From Candidatus Binatia bacterium (GTDB lineage: Bacteria; Desulfobacterota; Binatia; UTPRO1), in NCBI GenBank assembly GCA_036496285.1, contig DASXLI010000024.1, positions 37,125 to 101,124 of the forward strand: a stretch of 64,000 nt of DNA, read 5' to 3'. Within the stretch, counting starts at the first letter, position 1; the number at the start of each line of letters is the position of its first letter. The position numbers and the translations under genes are program-made. The notes under the pieces were generated by a model. That model worked only from the letters and a program-made list of their open reading frames with translations. It ran no database searches and was not told the DNA's origin. Below are positions 27,496 through 36,010 of this stretch, one piece after another.

Positions 27496-28175
27496 CCGCG
27501 ATCGTCCACGACATCGACCCGTCGCGCGTCCAGGCAGCGGTTTTCGACCTTGGCGGCGTCTTCCTCGCCGGCGGCGTCGAGTCGGTGCGGGGCTTCGGCG
27601 CGCGTCACGGCCTGTCGCCGGAGACGTGGGATGCGATCCGCCTCGAGCTCTTCCACGAGGCGGGCATCTGGTCGGCGTGCGAGCGCGGCGAGGTGACGCT
27701 CGAGCGTTTCGTCGCCCGCCTGCGCGAGCTGGTGAACGAGGCCGGCGGCTACGTGTCGCGCGGCGATGCCGAGAACTTCATGGGTGCGATGAGCGATCAG
27801 GAGGCCGGGCAGCGCCTGCGCCGCGAGATCGTCGACGCCGCGGGTCGCGTGCACGCCGTCATGCCGACGGCCCTCCTCACCAACAACATCCTGGAGTGGC
27901 GCCAGGGCTGGCGCGGACTGCTCGATCTCGCGACGCTCTTCGACGTCGTGATCGACTCGTCCGAGGTCGGCATCCGCAAGCCCGAGCCCGCGATCTACGA
28001 GCTCACCCGCACCAAGCTCGACCTGCCGCACGAGGCGATCTTCTTCCTCGACGATCTCGGCGTGAACCTGAAGCCGGCGCGCGCGCTCGGCTGGCAGACC
28101 CTACGCTACGACGACACGGAGCGCGTCCTCGCCGTGCTCGAGGCGCTCGTCGCGAGCCGTCCACCCCGCCCCTAG
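27492..28175 (+). CDS. HAD-superfamily hydrolase
   Basis: It has motif I (FDLGGVF), motif II (LLTNN) and motif IV (FFLDDLGVN). It is 227 aa. Confidence 0.7.
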   Translation: MTAIVHDIDPSRVQAAVFDLGGVFLAGGVESVRGFGARHGLSPETWDAIRLELFHEAGIWSACERGEVTLERFVARLRELVNEAGGYVSRGDAENFMGAMSDQEAGQRLRREIVDAAGRVHAVMPTALLTNNILEWRQGWRGLLDLATLFDVVIDSSEVGIRKPEPAIYELTRTKLDLPHEAIFFLDDLGVNLKPARALGWQTLRYDDTERVLAVLEALVASRPPRP

Positions 28176-28191
28176 CGCCGCGCCGCCCCGT

Positions 28192-29541
28192 TCAGGGCCG
28201 GTGCGCGGCGACGAAGGCGGCGATGAACTCGGCGCCCTTCGGGCTCGGGTGGTAGTGGTCCGTGAAGAAGTAGCTCGCCTTGTCCGGCAGCGACTCGAAC
28301 GCGGCCGCCAGATCGATCAGCGCGACGCCCTGCTCCGTCGCGAGCGCGCGCAGCAGCTCGTTGTTGTGGTCGAGCAACACCTTCCGGCGGCCGTCCATGT
28401 CGTGCATGAAGGTGACGATCACGGGCGTCACGCCCTTCGAGCGGCTGATCAGGCAGAGCGTCCGCACGTTCTCGGCGTAGGCGTCGCCGATCGTCGCGAG
28501 CAGCTGCCGCAGCTCGTCGCCGGGGTGGGCCTCCGGCGTCCACGTCGCGGCGGTCTCCTCGACCGGCGGCGGCCGCATCACCGCCGCGAGCGGCGGGACG
28601 TACTGCTGTACGACGTAGAAGAGGAGGCTCCGCGCGTACGCATTCTGTCCGCGCGTCGCCGACGCCCAGAACTCCGCCACGGAGCCGCTGAACAGGATGT
28701 CGTCGGAGATCAGCAAGCGGTCGCGTCCGGTACCGAACAGGTCGTTCGGGCCGAGGTAGAGGACGACCATCGTCGGCTTGTGCGGCAGCACGCGCACGTA
28801 GAAGCGGATCAAGGTCTGGAGCGAGGTGTAGCCGTTGTTGCCCGCGTTCACGACGTCGAGGGCCGGGTCGGGTCGTTGCGCCCGCAGCTTCTCCTCGAGG
28901 AGGTGCGGCCACGTCTGGTCGTCGTTCAGGCCGTAGCCGAAGACGGACGACTCGCCGAGCGTGAAGATGCGCGGGCCGGCGTCGTCCTCCCACCGCCCGC
29001 GCAGATGCGTACGGAAGCCGAAACCGTCGGTCGTGTACGTCGCGCCGGCGTTCGTCCAGGTGTTGCTCGGCTTCGCCTCGAACCCGAGGAGGATCGAGCG
29101 CTCGTGTCCCCACGCGGCGTACTCGGCGAACGCGTCCTGCGTCCGCAGGCGTTGCGTCAGCACCGTTTCGGCCAGCACGGCGGCGATGACGAGACCGCCG
29201 AGCGAGAGAAGAAACGCGGCGGCGGGACCGGCGCCCCCGGCCCGCCGGCACGCCCACGCGACGACCAGGGGCACGAACAGCAAGCTCGCGCCGCAGACCA
29301 GCAGGAAGCGCGCGTAGCGCGCGCTGTACGTCAACACCGCGGCATCGGGCGAGCGGTGGAAGACGAGGGGCAGGAGCAGCAGCCCGAGCGGCACGGCACA
29401 CAGCAGGTATCCCCGGGCGAACGGCCGCATGAGTGATGCGGTCAGGGAGCCGAGCGCGGGACGCAGTTCGCCGTAATAGGCATGAGGACGCCATACGGAA
29501 GCCCAGGGGGTCTCGGCAAGGACCGGTAGGACATGCGACAT
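28192..29541 (-). CDS. Membrane-anchored SGNH/GDSL hydrolase (putative polysaccharide or lipid O-acyl esterase or transferase)
   Basis: An N-terminal multi-TM region is followed by block I (FTLGESSVFGYG), block III (NAGNNGYTS) and block V (DHYHPSPKGAEFIA). The start is MSHVLPV at 29541. Confidence 0.7.
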   Translation of the reverse strand: MSHVLPVLAETPWASVWRPHAYYGELRPALGSLTASLMRPFARGYLLCAVPLGLLLLPLVFHRSPDAAVLTYSARYARFLLVCGASLLFVPLVVAWACRRAGGAGPAAAFLLSLGGLVIAAVLAETVLTQRLRTQDAFAEYAAWGHERSILLGFEAKPSNTWTNAGATYTTDGFGFRTHLRGRWEDDAGPRIFTLGESSVFGYGLNDDQTWPHLLEEKLRAQRPDPALDVVNAGNNGYTSLQTLIRFYVRVLPHKPTMVVLYLGPNDLFGTGRDRLLISDDILFSGSVAEFWASATRGQNAYARSLLFYVVQQYVPPLAAVMRPPPVEETAATWTPEAHPGDELRQLLATIGDAYAENVRTLCLISRSKGVTPVIVTFMHDMDGRRKVLLDHNNELLRALATEQGVALIDLAAAFESLPDKASYFFTDHYHPSPKGAEFIAAFVAAHRP

Positions 29542-29596
29542 TGACGCCCCCACCCCGTTTCCTTCATCATCGTCACCTGCCGTAGCGCGCCGGACC

Positions 29597-30628
29597 ATGT
29601 CGACCGAACAGCCCCTGCGAATCGCGGTGATAGGTGCAGGACGCTGGGGCCCGAATCACGTTCGAAACTTCCACGAGATCGGCGCAACCGTCGTCGGGGT
29701 CGCCGACCTCGAGCAGTCGCGCCTGGCCGCATTGCGTCAACGGTATCCGGGCCTCGTCGTCAGCACGGACTACCGCGACTTCCTCGCGCGCGACGACGTC
29801 GACGCGGTCGTCGTCGCGACGCCCGTCACCACGCATGCGCGGATCGTCGCCGACGCCCTCGCCGCCGGCAAGGACGTACTCGCCGAGAAGCCGCTCGCCG
29901 CGACGACCGCTGAGTGCGTCGAGCTCGCGGACGTCGCCCGCGCACACGGCCGCCTGCTCATGACCGGACATGTGTTTCTCTTCAACTCCGGCATTTTGAA
30001 GCTGAAGGAGCTTCTGCAGTACGGCGAGCTCGGCGACGTCTACTATTTTCACATCACCCGCACGAACCTCGGCCCCATCCGCCAAGACACCAACGCCGTC
30101 GGTGATCTGGCGAGCCACGACATCGCGACGCTCAACTTCCTGATCGGCGCGAGCCCGACGCACGTGAGCGGCACCGGGATGAGCTACCTGCAGGAAGGGC
30201 GCGAGGACGTGGCCTTCGTCACGCTGTTCTACCCGAACCGGACGATTGCCAGCCTCCACATCAGCTGGCTCGATCCCATGAAGGTGCGCCGCATCACCGC
30301 CGTGGGATCCAAGAAGATGGCGATCTGGGACGATCTCTCGCAACAGGGCCCTGTCGCCATCTACTCGAAGCGAATCGTACGTGAGCCGGTCGATCCCAGC
30401 ATGCCCGACTACGGGGACTTCCAGCTTCTCGTGCGCGAGGGGGAGATCAACATTCCCCTCGTCCATCAGATCGAGCCCCTCCGGGCGCAGGCGCAGTACT
30501 TCATCCAGGCTGTTCGGCAGCGGGCGCTGCGGGTCTGCGATGCGCCCTTCGCCACCGAGGTCGTGCGCATCGTCGAATGCATCAACGAGTCGATCGTTCA
30601 GGGGGGGAGCCGCGTCGCCGTTTCGTGA
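29597..30628 (+). CDS. Gfo/Idh/MocA family NAD-dependent oxidoreductase (WbpB/WlbA-like sugar 3-dehydrogenase)
   Basis: It has an N-terminal Rossmann fold (LRIAVIGAGRWGPNHVRN) and the EKP motif (AEKPLA). Confidence 0.8.
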   Translation: MSTEQPLRIAVIGAGRWGPNHVRNFHEIGATVVGVADLEQSRLAALRQRYPGLVVSTDYRDFLARDDVDAVVVATPVTTHARIVADALAAGKDVLAEKPLAATTAECVELADVARAHGRLLMTGHVFLFNSGILKLKELLQYGELGDVYYFHITRTNLGPIRQDTNAVGDLASHDIATLNFLIGASPTHVSGTGMSYLQEGREDVAFVTLFYPNRTIASLHISWLDPMKVRRITAVGSKKMAIWDDLSQQGPVAIYSKRIVREPVDPSMPDYGDFQLLVREGEINIPLVHQIEPLRAQAQYFIQAVRQRALRVCDAPFATEVVRIVECINESIVQGGSRVAVS

Positions 30629-30649
30629 GCGACCGGCGGAGCAGCCGAC

Positions 30650-31639
30650 ATGACGCCGCTCCGGCTCCTCGTCACCAGCGCTGGCTCCGCTCCCGCCGTC
30701 GCGGTGATCAAGGCACTTCGACAGCAGTCCCGCTATTCCGTGGAGATTGGCACCGTCGACGCACAGGAGCGCTCCGTGGGGAAGCTGCTCGCCGACCGGT
30801 TCGATCTGGTCCCCCACGCGGCCGACCCGACCTTCGTCCCGCACCTGATGGATCTCTGCGTCACTCACGGCGTGCAATACGTCTTCCCGATCATCGACGA
30901 GGAATTGCCCGTGTGGGCCGCCGCCCGGGACCGCTTCGCCGCTGCCGGAGTCACCGTCTTCGCCAATCCGGTCCAGTGTGTCGAGCTCGCCAACGACAAG
31001 CTGAGCACGGCGAGCCACTGCCTCGCCCACGGCATACCCCACCCGCGCTGCTACGACTCCGCGGAAGCACGCGCACTCTCGTTCGAGGCGTTTCCGCTGT
31101 TCGCCAAGCCACGCTTCGGACGCGGAAGCGTGGGTGCGAAGCGCATCGAGAATCCGGGCGAGCTAAACGATTTTCTCCGGCGCCACCCGGACGGGCTGGT
31201 GCAGGAGCTGCTCGCTGGTGTCGAGTTGACCGTCGACGTGCTCGTGAGCGCGGAGGGTGAGCTGCTCGCCGCGGTGCCGAAGGAGCGCCTCGAGGTGAAG
31301 GCGGGCATGGCCACGAAGAGCATTACACGCCCGGGTGCGGAGGTGCTGCCGTTGGTCCGCAAGGTGGTCGCGGACTTCGGGATCCGCGGCGCCGCGAACG
31401 TCCAACTCATGGGGACCGGTGGACGCTGGAGCCTCATCGAGGTCAATCCGAAGTTCGCCGCGAGCCTGCCGCTCACCGTGGCCGCGGGCGTCAACTTGCC
31501 CTTGCATCTCCTCGAGCTGGCACGCGCCGAGTTCGCGCACCCGACACCGCTGCCGTTCACGCAGGATCTGTTGATGCTGCGCCGCTGGGAGGAGCACTTC
31601 GTGCGCGAGGGGCCCCGCTCGTCGGCGGGCGCCGTATGA
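30650..31639 (+). CDS. ATP-grasp domain protein (putative carboxylate-amine ligase acting on a sugar intermediate)
   Basis: It is CPSase-L/PylC-like, with FAKPRFGRGSVGAKRIEN, ELTVDVLV and LIEVNPKFAAS motifs. Confidence 0.7.
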   Translation: MTPLRLLVTSAGSAPAVAVIKALRQQSRYSVEIGTVDAQERSVGKLLADRFDLVPHAADPTFVPHLMDLCVTHGVQYVFPIIDEELPVWAAARDRFAAAGVTVFANPVQCVELANDKLSTASHCLAHGIPHPRCYDSAEARALSFEAFPLFAKPRFGRGSVGAKRIENPGELNDFLRRHPDGLVQELLAGVELTVDVLVSAEGELLAAVPKERLEVKAGMATKSITRPGAEVLPLVRKVVADFGIRGAANVQLMGTGGRWSLIEVNPKFAASLPLTVAAGVNLPLHLLELARAEFAHPTPLPFTQDLLMLRRWEEHFVREGPRSSAGAV

Positions 31640-32634
31640 CCGACCGTCGCATATTGGTGACGGGCGGAGCCGGCTTCATCGGCTCACACATCGTCGAAGA
31701 CCTCCTCTTGCACGGGTACGATGTCACCGTCCTCGACAACCTGAGCAGCGGCCGGCGGGAGAACCTCGCCGCCGTCTCCCGCGACGTACGGTTCGTCGAA
31801 GGCGACCTCGCGGACGGAAACCTCCTTGCCCGTGCGATGCGCGGCCAGCGCTTCGTTTCGCACATGGCGGCGCAGCTCGAGATCATCCGCTGCAGCAAGG
31901 ATCCTCTCGCCGACCTCGACGCCAACACGGTCGCGACCCTGCGCGTCCTGAACGCCGCGGTGGAAGCGGGACTCGACAAGATGGTCAACGCGTCGTCGGC
32001 ATGCGTCTATGGTCAGGCGGTGCACGTACCCGCCTCCGAGGACGGACATCCGAAAAATCCGAACTGGGCGTACGGGGTGAGCAAGCTCGCAGCCGAGCAC
32101 TACTGCCGGCTGTTCCACGAGAGCGGCCGCCTCGCCACGACGAGTCTGCGCTTCGCGATCGTCTACGGACAGCGCGAATGGTGCGGACGCGTGATCACGA
32201 TGATGCTTCGGCGCGCCCTCCGCGGCTTGCCGCCCGTCGTCTTCGGCGCCGGAGACCAGTCACGTGATTTCATCCATGTCGACGACGTGGTCCGCTGTCA
32301 CCGGCTCGCGCTGGAATCGGACGCGGCGAACGGCCTCCCCTTCAACGTCTCGACCGGCATCGGCACCGACGTCTCCACGCTGGCAGGCTTGTGCGCGGAA
32401 GTGACCGGACTCGGGCAGCCTCCGATCTTCGAGGACACGGCGCAAGGCGAGACGTCGCAGGCGATGCCCGACCGAGTTCGCCTGCCACAGGAGCTGCACA
32501 CCATGATCCTGGATCCCACCCGGGCGAATCAGCTGCTCGGCTTCCGAGCGGAGACGCTGCTCCGGACCGGCCTTGCTCGCGAATGGGCGTGGATCCGGAA
32601 ACAACCCGACCGTTGGAACTCGCTCTCGATCTGA
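31636..32634 (+). CDS. NAD-dependent epimerase/dehydratase (extended SDR, UDP-sugar epimerase-like)
   Basis: It has the GGAGFIGSH Rossmann motif and the YGVSK catalytic YxxxK. The ATGA overlap with the upstream gene is present. Confidence 0.85.
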   Translation: MTDRRILVTGGAGFIGSHIVEDLLLHGYDVTVLDNLSSGRRENLAAVSRDVRFVEGDLADGNLLARAMRGQRFVSHMAAQLEIIRCSKDPLADLDANTVATLRVLNAAVEAGLDKMVNASSACVYGQAVHVPASEDGHPKNPNWAYGVSKLAAEHYCRLFHESGRLATTSLRFAIVYGQREWCGRVITMMLRRALRGLPPVVFGAGDQSRDFIHVDDVVRCHRLALESDAANGLPFNVSTGIGTDVSTLAGLCAEVTGLGQPPIFEDTAQGETSQAMPDRVRLPQELHTMILDPTRANQLLGFRAETLLRTGLAREWAWIRKQPDRWNSLSI

Positions 32635-32645
32635 GTGGCGTGCCG

Positions 32646-33428
32646 ATGACCAGCGTACCCCGACCATCCGGGAGCGAGGGCGCGGCACAGCGTGGCGCCG
32701 GGACCTGGACGAACGCACAGCGCGACTACTTCGAGCGGAACCTCGAGGAATACGATCGCGAACGGGCGTTGCGGGCGCGAGCGTACGCGCGAAAGGCGCG
32801 TATGCTCCGCCGTGAGCTCGAGAAGTCGGACGTACACGACGTCCTCGAAGTCGGCGCGGGGAGTGGTCTCGTGACGACGTTCCTGGCCCCCGCGCTGCCG
32901 CGCGTCCGTTATGTCGCCCTCGACTTCGCGACCGCGATGCTCGCGGCTGCACGGAGCCGGGCGGCCACGCCGCGCGTGCACCTGATCGCAACCGATGCCG
33001 GCGCGGCGGGGCTCGCCAGCGACTCCTTCGACGCGATCGTCGGCGTCGACATCGTGCACCACCTGGAGTCTCCGGTGCAGGCAATGCGCGAATGGTGGCG
33101 GCTGGCGCGCCCGGGCGCGCGGCTGGCCGTGCTCGAGACCAACCCGTATCACCCGGTGAATCTCCGCTTCGTCGGCGTCGCACACGAGCTCCGTCTCTTC
33201 CTGAACAGCCCGGCGAACCTCGTCGCCTGGGCGCGCGAGGCCGGGTGGCAGGAGGTCGCCCTCGACGCGACACCGACCTTCACGCCCTCGGGTCCTCCCT
33301 GGCTGGCCCGCGCGCTCGACGCCGTGGATCATCTCGCGGTACGAATGCCGGGCGCACGCTGGCTGGCCGCACTCTGGTTGCTGACCGGACGCAAGCCTCT
33401 CGGGACGGGAACGGCGGGAGCGCCCTGA
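32646..33428 (+). CDS. Class I SAM-dependent methyltransferase
   Basis: Motif I (VLEVGAGSG) and motif II/III (DAIVGVDIVHH) are present. Confidence 0.7.
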   Translation: MTSVPRPSGSEGAAQRGAGTWTNAQRDYFERNLEEYDRERALRARAYARKARMLRRELEKSDVHDVLEVGAGSGLVTTFLAPALPRVRYVALDFATAMLAAARSRAATPRVHLIATDAGAAGLASDSFDAIVGVDIVHHLESPVQAMREWWRLARPGARLAVLETNPYHPVNLRFVGVAHELRLFLNSPANLVAWAREAGWQEVALDATPTFTPSGPPWLARALDAVDHLAVRMPGARWLAALWLLTGRKPLGTGTAGAP

Positions 33429-33432
33429 CGGC

Positions 33433-34152
33433 ATGACGACCAACCGCGACCTCGACCAGATTGCGTCGGAGTATGACTCGCTGAGCGACTTCGACCACCA
33501 CGCGATCGCCCACGAGGCCGATCTGTTCCTCGCAGACTACGTGGATGGGGCTGTGCTCGAGCTCGGCTGCGCTCGAGGCGGGATGACGCGCAAGCTCGCA
33601 CCCATCGTCGATCGCCTGGTCGTCGTCGACGGCTCCGAAACGTACCTTACAGAGCTGCGTCGGGATCTCGGACAGCAGGCGGAGTTCGTCTCGAGTCGAT
33701 TCGAGGACTACGACCCCGCGTCGACGTTCCGCCACGTGCTCGCGGCGCGCATCCTCGAGCACCTGCAGGAGCCCGTCGCCTTCCTGAAGCGCCTGCGCGG
33801 CTGGCTCGAGCCCCACGGGATGCTCCACGTCATCGTCCCCAACGCACGCTCGTTTCACCGCCTGCTCGGTCTGGAGATGGGTTTGATCAAGGACCTCCAC
33901 GAGCTCGGCGAGCGCGACCGCCGGGTCGGCCACGTCCGGGTCTACGATTCGGACATGCTCATGCGCGACCTCGAGAGCGCAGGCTTCCGCGTGACATGGC
34001 GGAGGGACGTGATGTTGAAGCCCCTGTCGAACGCCCAAATGGAGACGTGGGAGCCCGCCATCATCGACGCACTCTTCCGCATGGCGCGCCACTTCCCCGA
34101 TCACGGCAACGAGCTCTACTTCCGATGCGAAGCGGCCAGGGTGCGGCCCTGA
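33433..34152 (+). CDS. Class I SAM-dependent methyltransferase (second copy)
   Basis: It has VLELGCARGGMT and LHVIVPN motifs. It is 239 aa. Confidence 0.7.
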   Translation: MTTNRDLDQIASEYDSLSDFDHHAIAHEADLFLADYVDGAVLELGCARGGMTRKLAPIVDRLVVVDGSETYLTELRRDLGQQAEFVSSRFEDYDPASTFRHVLAARILEHLQEPVAFLKRLRGWLEPHGMLHVIVPNARSFHRLLGLEMGLIKDLHELGERDRRVGHVRVYDSDMLMRDLESAGFRVTWRRDVMLKPLSNAQMETWEPAIIDALFRMARHFPDHGNELYFRCEAARVRP

Positions 34153-34153
34153 C

Positions 34154-34882
34154 GTGGCGGCACCCTCGCCCCCGCTTCTCGTCGTCACGTTTTGCTACAA
34201 TGAGCGCATCAAGATTGCTTCGACGCTCGAGCGATTCTGCGGCCACCCGCAGTGGGACGTGTGGGTCATGGATGACGGCTCGACCGACGGCTCAACCGAC
34301 ACGCTCGAGCAGACGCACGGCGTGCGCATTATCCGACACGACCGCAACCGCGGCGCCGGCGCAGCTGTGCGGACCGTCTTCGAGGAGTTCGTGCGCTCCC
34401 CCTATCAGGTGGTCGTCCTCGTCGCCGGCAACGACAAGGACCGGCCAGAAGACGTCATGCGCGCCGCAACGCCGGTCCTCACCGGAGAACGCGACGTCGT
34501 GCAGGGCTCGCGTTACCTTCCCGGAGGCGAGATCGCCAACATTCCCGTCTATCGCCAACTCGCGACGCGCTACGTTCACCCGATGATCTTCAACGTCGTC
34601 TCCGGACTCCGCATGACCGACACGACGAACGGGTTTCGCGCGATTCATCGCCGTGTGCTGGAAGATCCCCGCCTCGACCTCTCGTCTCCGAGGCTCGATC
34701 AGTACGACCTCGAGCCCTTCTTCCTCCTGAAGACCGCCCGCCTCGGCTATCGCCTCGCCGAGGTCCCGGTGCGAAAGATCTATCCGAGGGGTAATCTCAG
34801 CTATACGAAGATGGCTCCGGTAACTGGCTGGTGGAGCATTCTGAGGCCGCTCATCTATTGCGGCCTGGGCATCTGGAAATGA
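34154..34882 (+). CDS. GT2 family glycosyltransferase, DPM1/ArnC/CsbB-like polyprenyl-phosphate sugar synthase
   Basis: It has VVTFCYNE, VWVMDDGSTDGS and GSRY motifs, a C-terminal hydrophobic segment, and a GTG start. Confidence 0.8.
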   Translation: MAAPSPPLLVVTFCYNERIKIASTLERFCGHPQWDVWVMDDGSTDGSTDTLEQTHGVRIIRHDRNRGAGAAVRTVFEEFVRSPYQVVVLVAGNDKDRPEDVMRAATPVLTGERDVVQGSRYLPGGEIANIPVYRQLATRYVHPMIFNVVSGLRMTDTTNGFRAIHRRVLEDPRLDLSSPRLDQYDLEPFFLLKTARLGYRLAEVPVRKIYPRGNLSYTKMAPVTGWWSILRPLIYCGLGIWK

Positions 34883-35997
34883 ACGACACCGGCTACATTC
34901 CGCTCGTCGATCTCACGCGTCAGTATCGCGAGCATCGGACTGAGCTCGATGCCGCACTGACGGGCGTCCTCGAAGCCGCCACCTTCATCAACGGACCCGA
35001 CGTCACGGCGTTCGAGGCTGAGTTCGCCACCTTCTGCCAGGCACGCCATTGCGTCGGCGTATCGTCGGGGCTCGAGGCACTGCGTCTCATTCTCGCCGCA
35101 CTGAGCATCGGACAGGGCGACGAGGTCATCCTTCCGGCCAATACGTTCGTTGCGACGGCCCTGGCAGTAAGCGCAGTCGGCGCAACCCCCGTCCTCGTGG
35201 ACTGCGACCCCGTGACGGCCAACCTCACCGCGGAGCTCGTGGCCGAGGCGATCACGCCTCGGACGAAGGCGATCATCCCCGTGCATCTCTACGGCCAACC
35301 GGTCGACCTCGATCCTCTGCACGCCCTCGCCCGGGCTCACGGCATTCCCTTGATCGAGGATGCGGCGCAGGCGCACGGGGCGGCATATCGTGGACGGCGC
35401 TGTGGCAGTCTCGGCCTCGCAGCGGGCTTCAGCTTCTACCCCACGAAGAACCTCGGCGCGTTCGGGGACGGAGGGGCCGTCGTCACCAGCGACGACCGGA
35501 TCGCAGACTTCGTTCGCCAGGCGCGCGACTATGGGCAGCAGCGCAAGTACGAGCATGTCGTCAAGGGAGGCAACGCTCGGCTCGACAGCATGCAAGCCGC
35601 GATACTGCGGGTGAAGCTACGTCATCTCGACGGCTGGAACGCCGCGCGGCGGCGGGCCGCGGCCGCGTACGAAGCGCACCTGGCCGGTCTCCCAGGCGTC
35701 CACCTGCCCACGATGCGACCGGACGTCGAACCCGTCTGGCACCTCTACGTGATCCAGGTGAAGGATCGTGACGCCCTCGTCTCGACGTTACATGCCGCGG
35801 GCGTTGGCGCGGGTATCCACTATCCTGTTCCGATCCATCTCCAACCCGCCTACGCGGACCTTGGTCATTCGGCGGGCGATTTCCCGCACGCCGAGGAGCG
35901 CGCCAAGAGAATCGCGAGCCTGCCTCTGTTCCCCGAGATCCGCGAAGACGAGATCGAGCGTGTCTCGGCCGTTGTCCGACGCTTCGTCGCCGGCTGA
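34879..35997 (+). CDS. DegT/DnrJ/EryC1/StrS family PLP-dependent sugar aminotransferase (WbpE/ArnB-like)
   Basis: It begins MNDTGYIPLVDLTRQYREH and has the PLP Lys region (SFYPTKNLGAFGDGG). The ATGA overlap is present. Confidence 0.85.
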   Translation: MNDTGYIPLVDLTRQYREHRTELDAALTGVLEAATFINGPDVTAFEAEFATFCQARHCVGVSSGLEALRLILAALSIGQGDEVILPANTFVATALAVSAVGATPVLVDCDPVTANLTAELVAEAITPRTKAIIPVHLYGQPVDLDPLHALARAHGIPLIEDAAQAHGAAYRGRRCGSLGLAAGFSFYPTKNLGAFGDGGAVVTSDDRIADFVRQARDYGQQRKYEHVVKGGNARLDSMQAAILRVKLRHLDGWNAARRRAAAAYEAHLAGLPGVHLPTMRPDVEPVWHLYVIQVKDRDALVSTLHAAGVGAGIHYPVPIHLQPAYADLGHSAGDFPHAEERAKRIASLPLFPEIREDEIERVSAVVRRFVAG

Positions 35998-36010
35998 TCG
36001 GCATCTGCTG

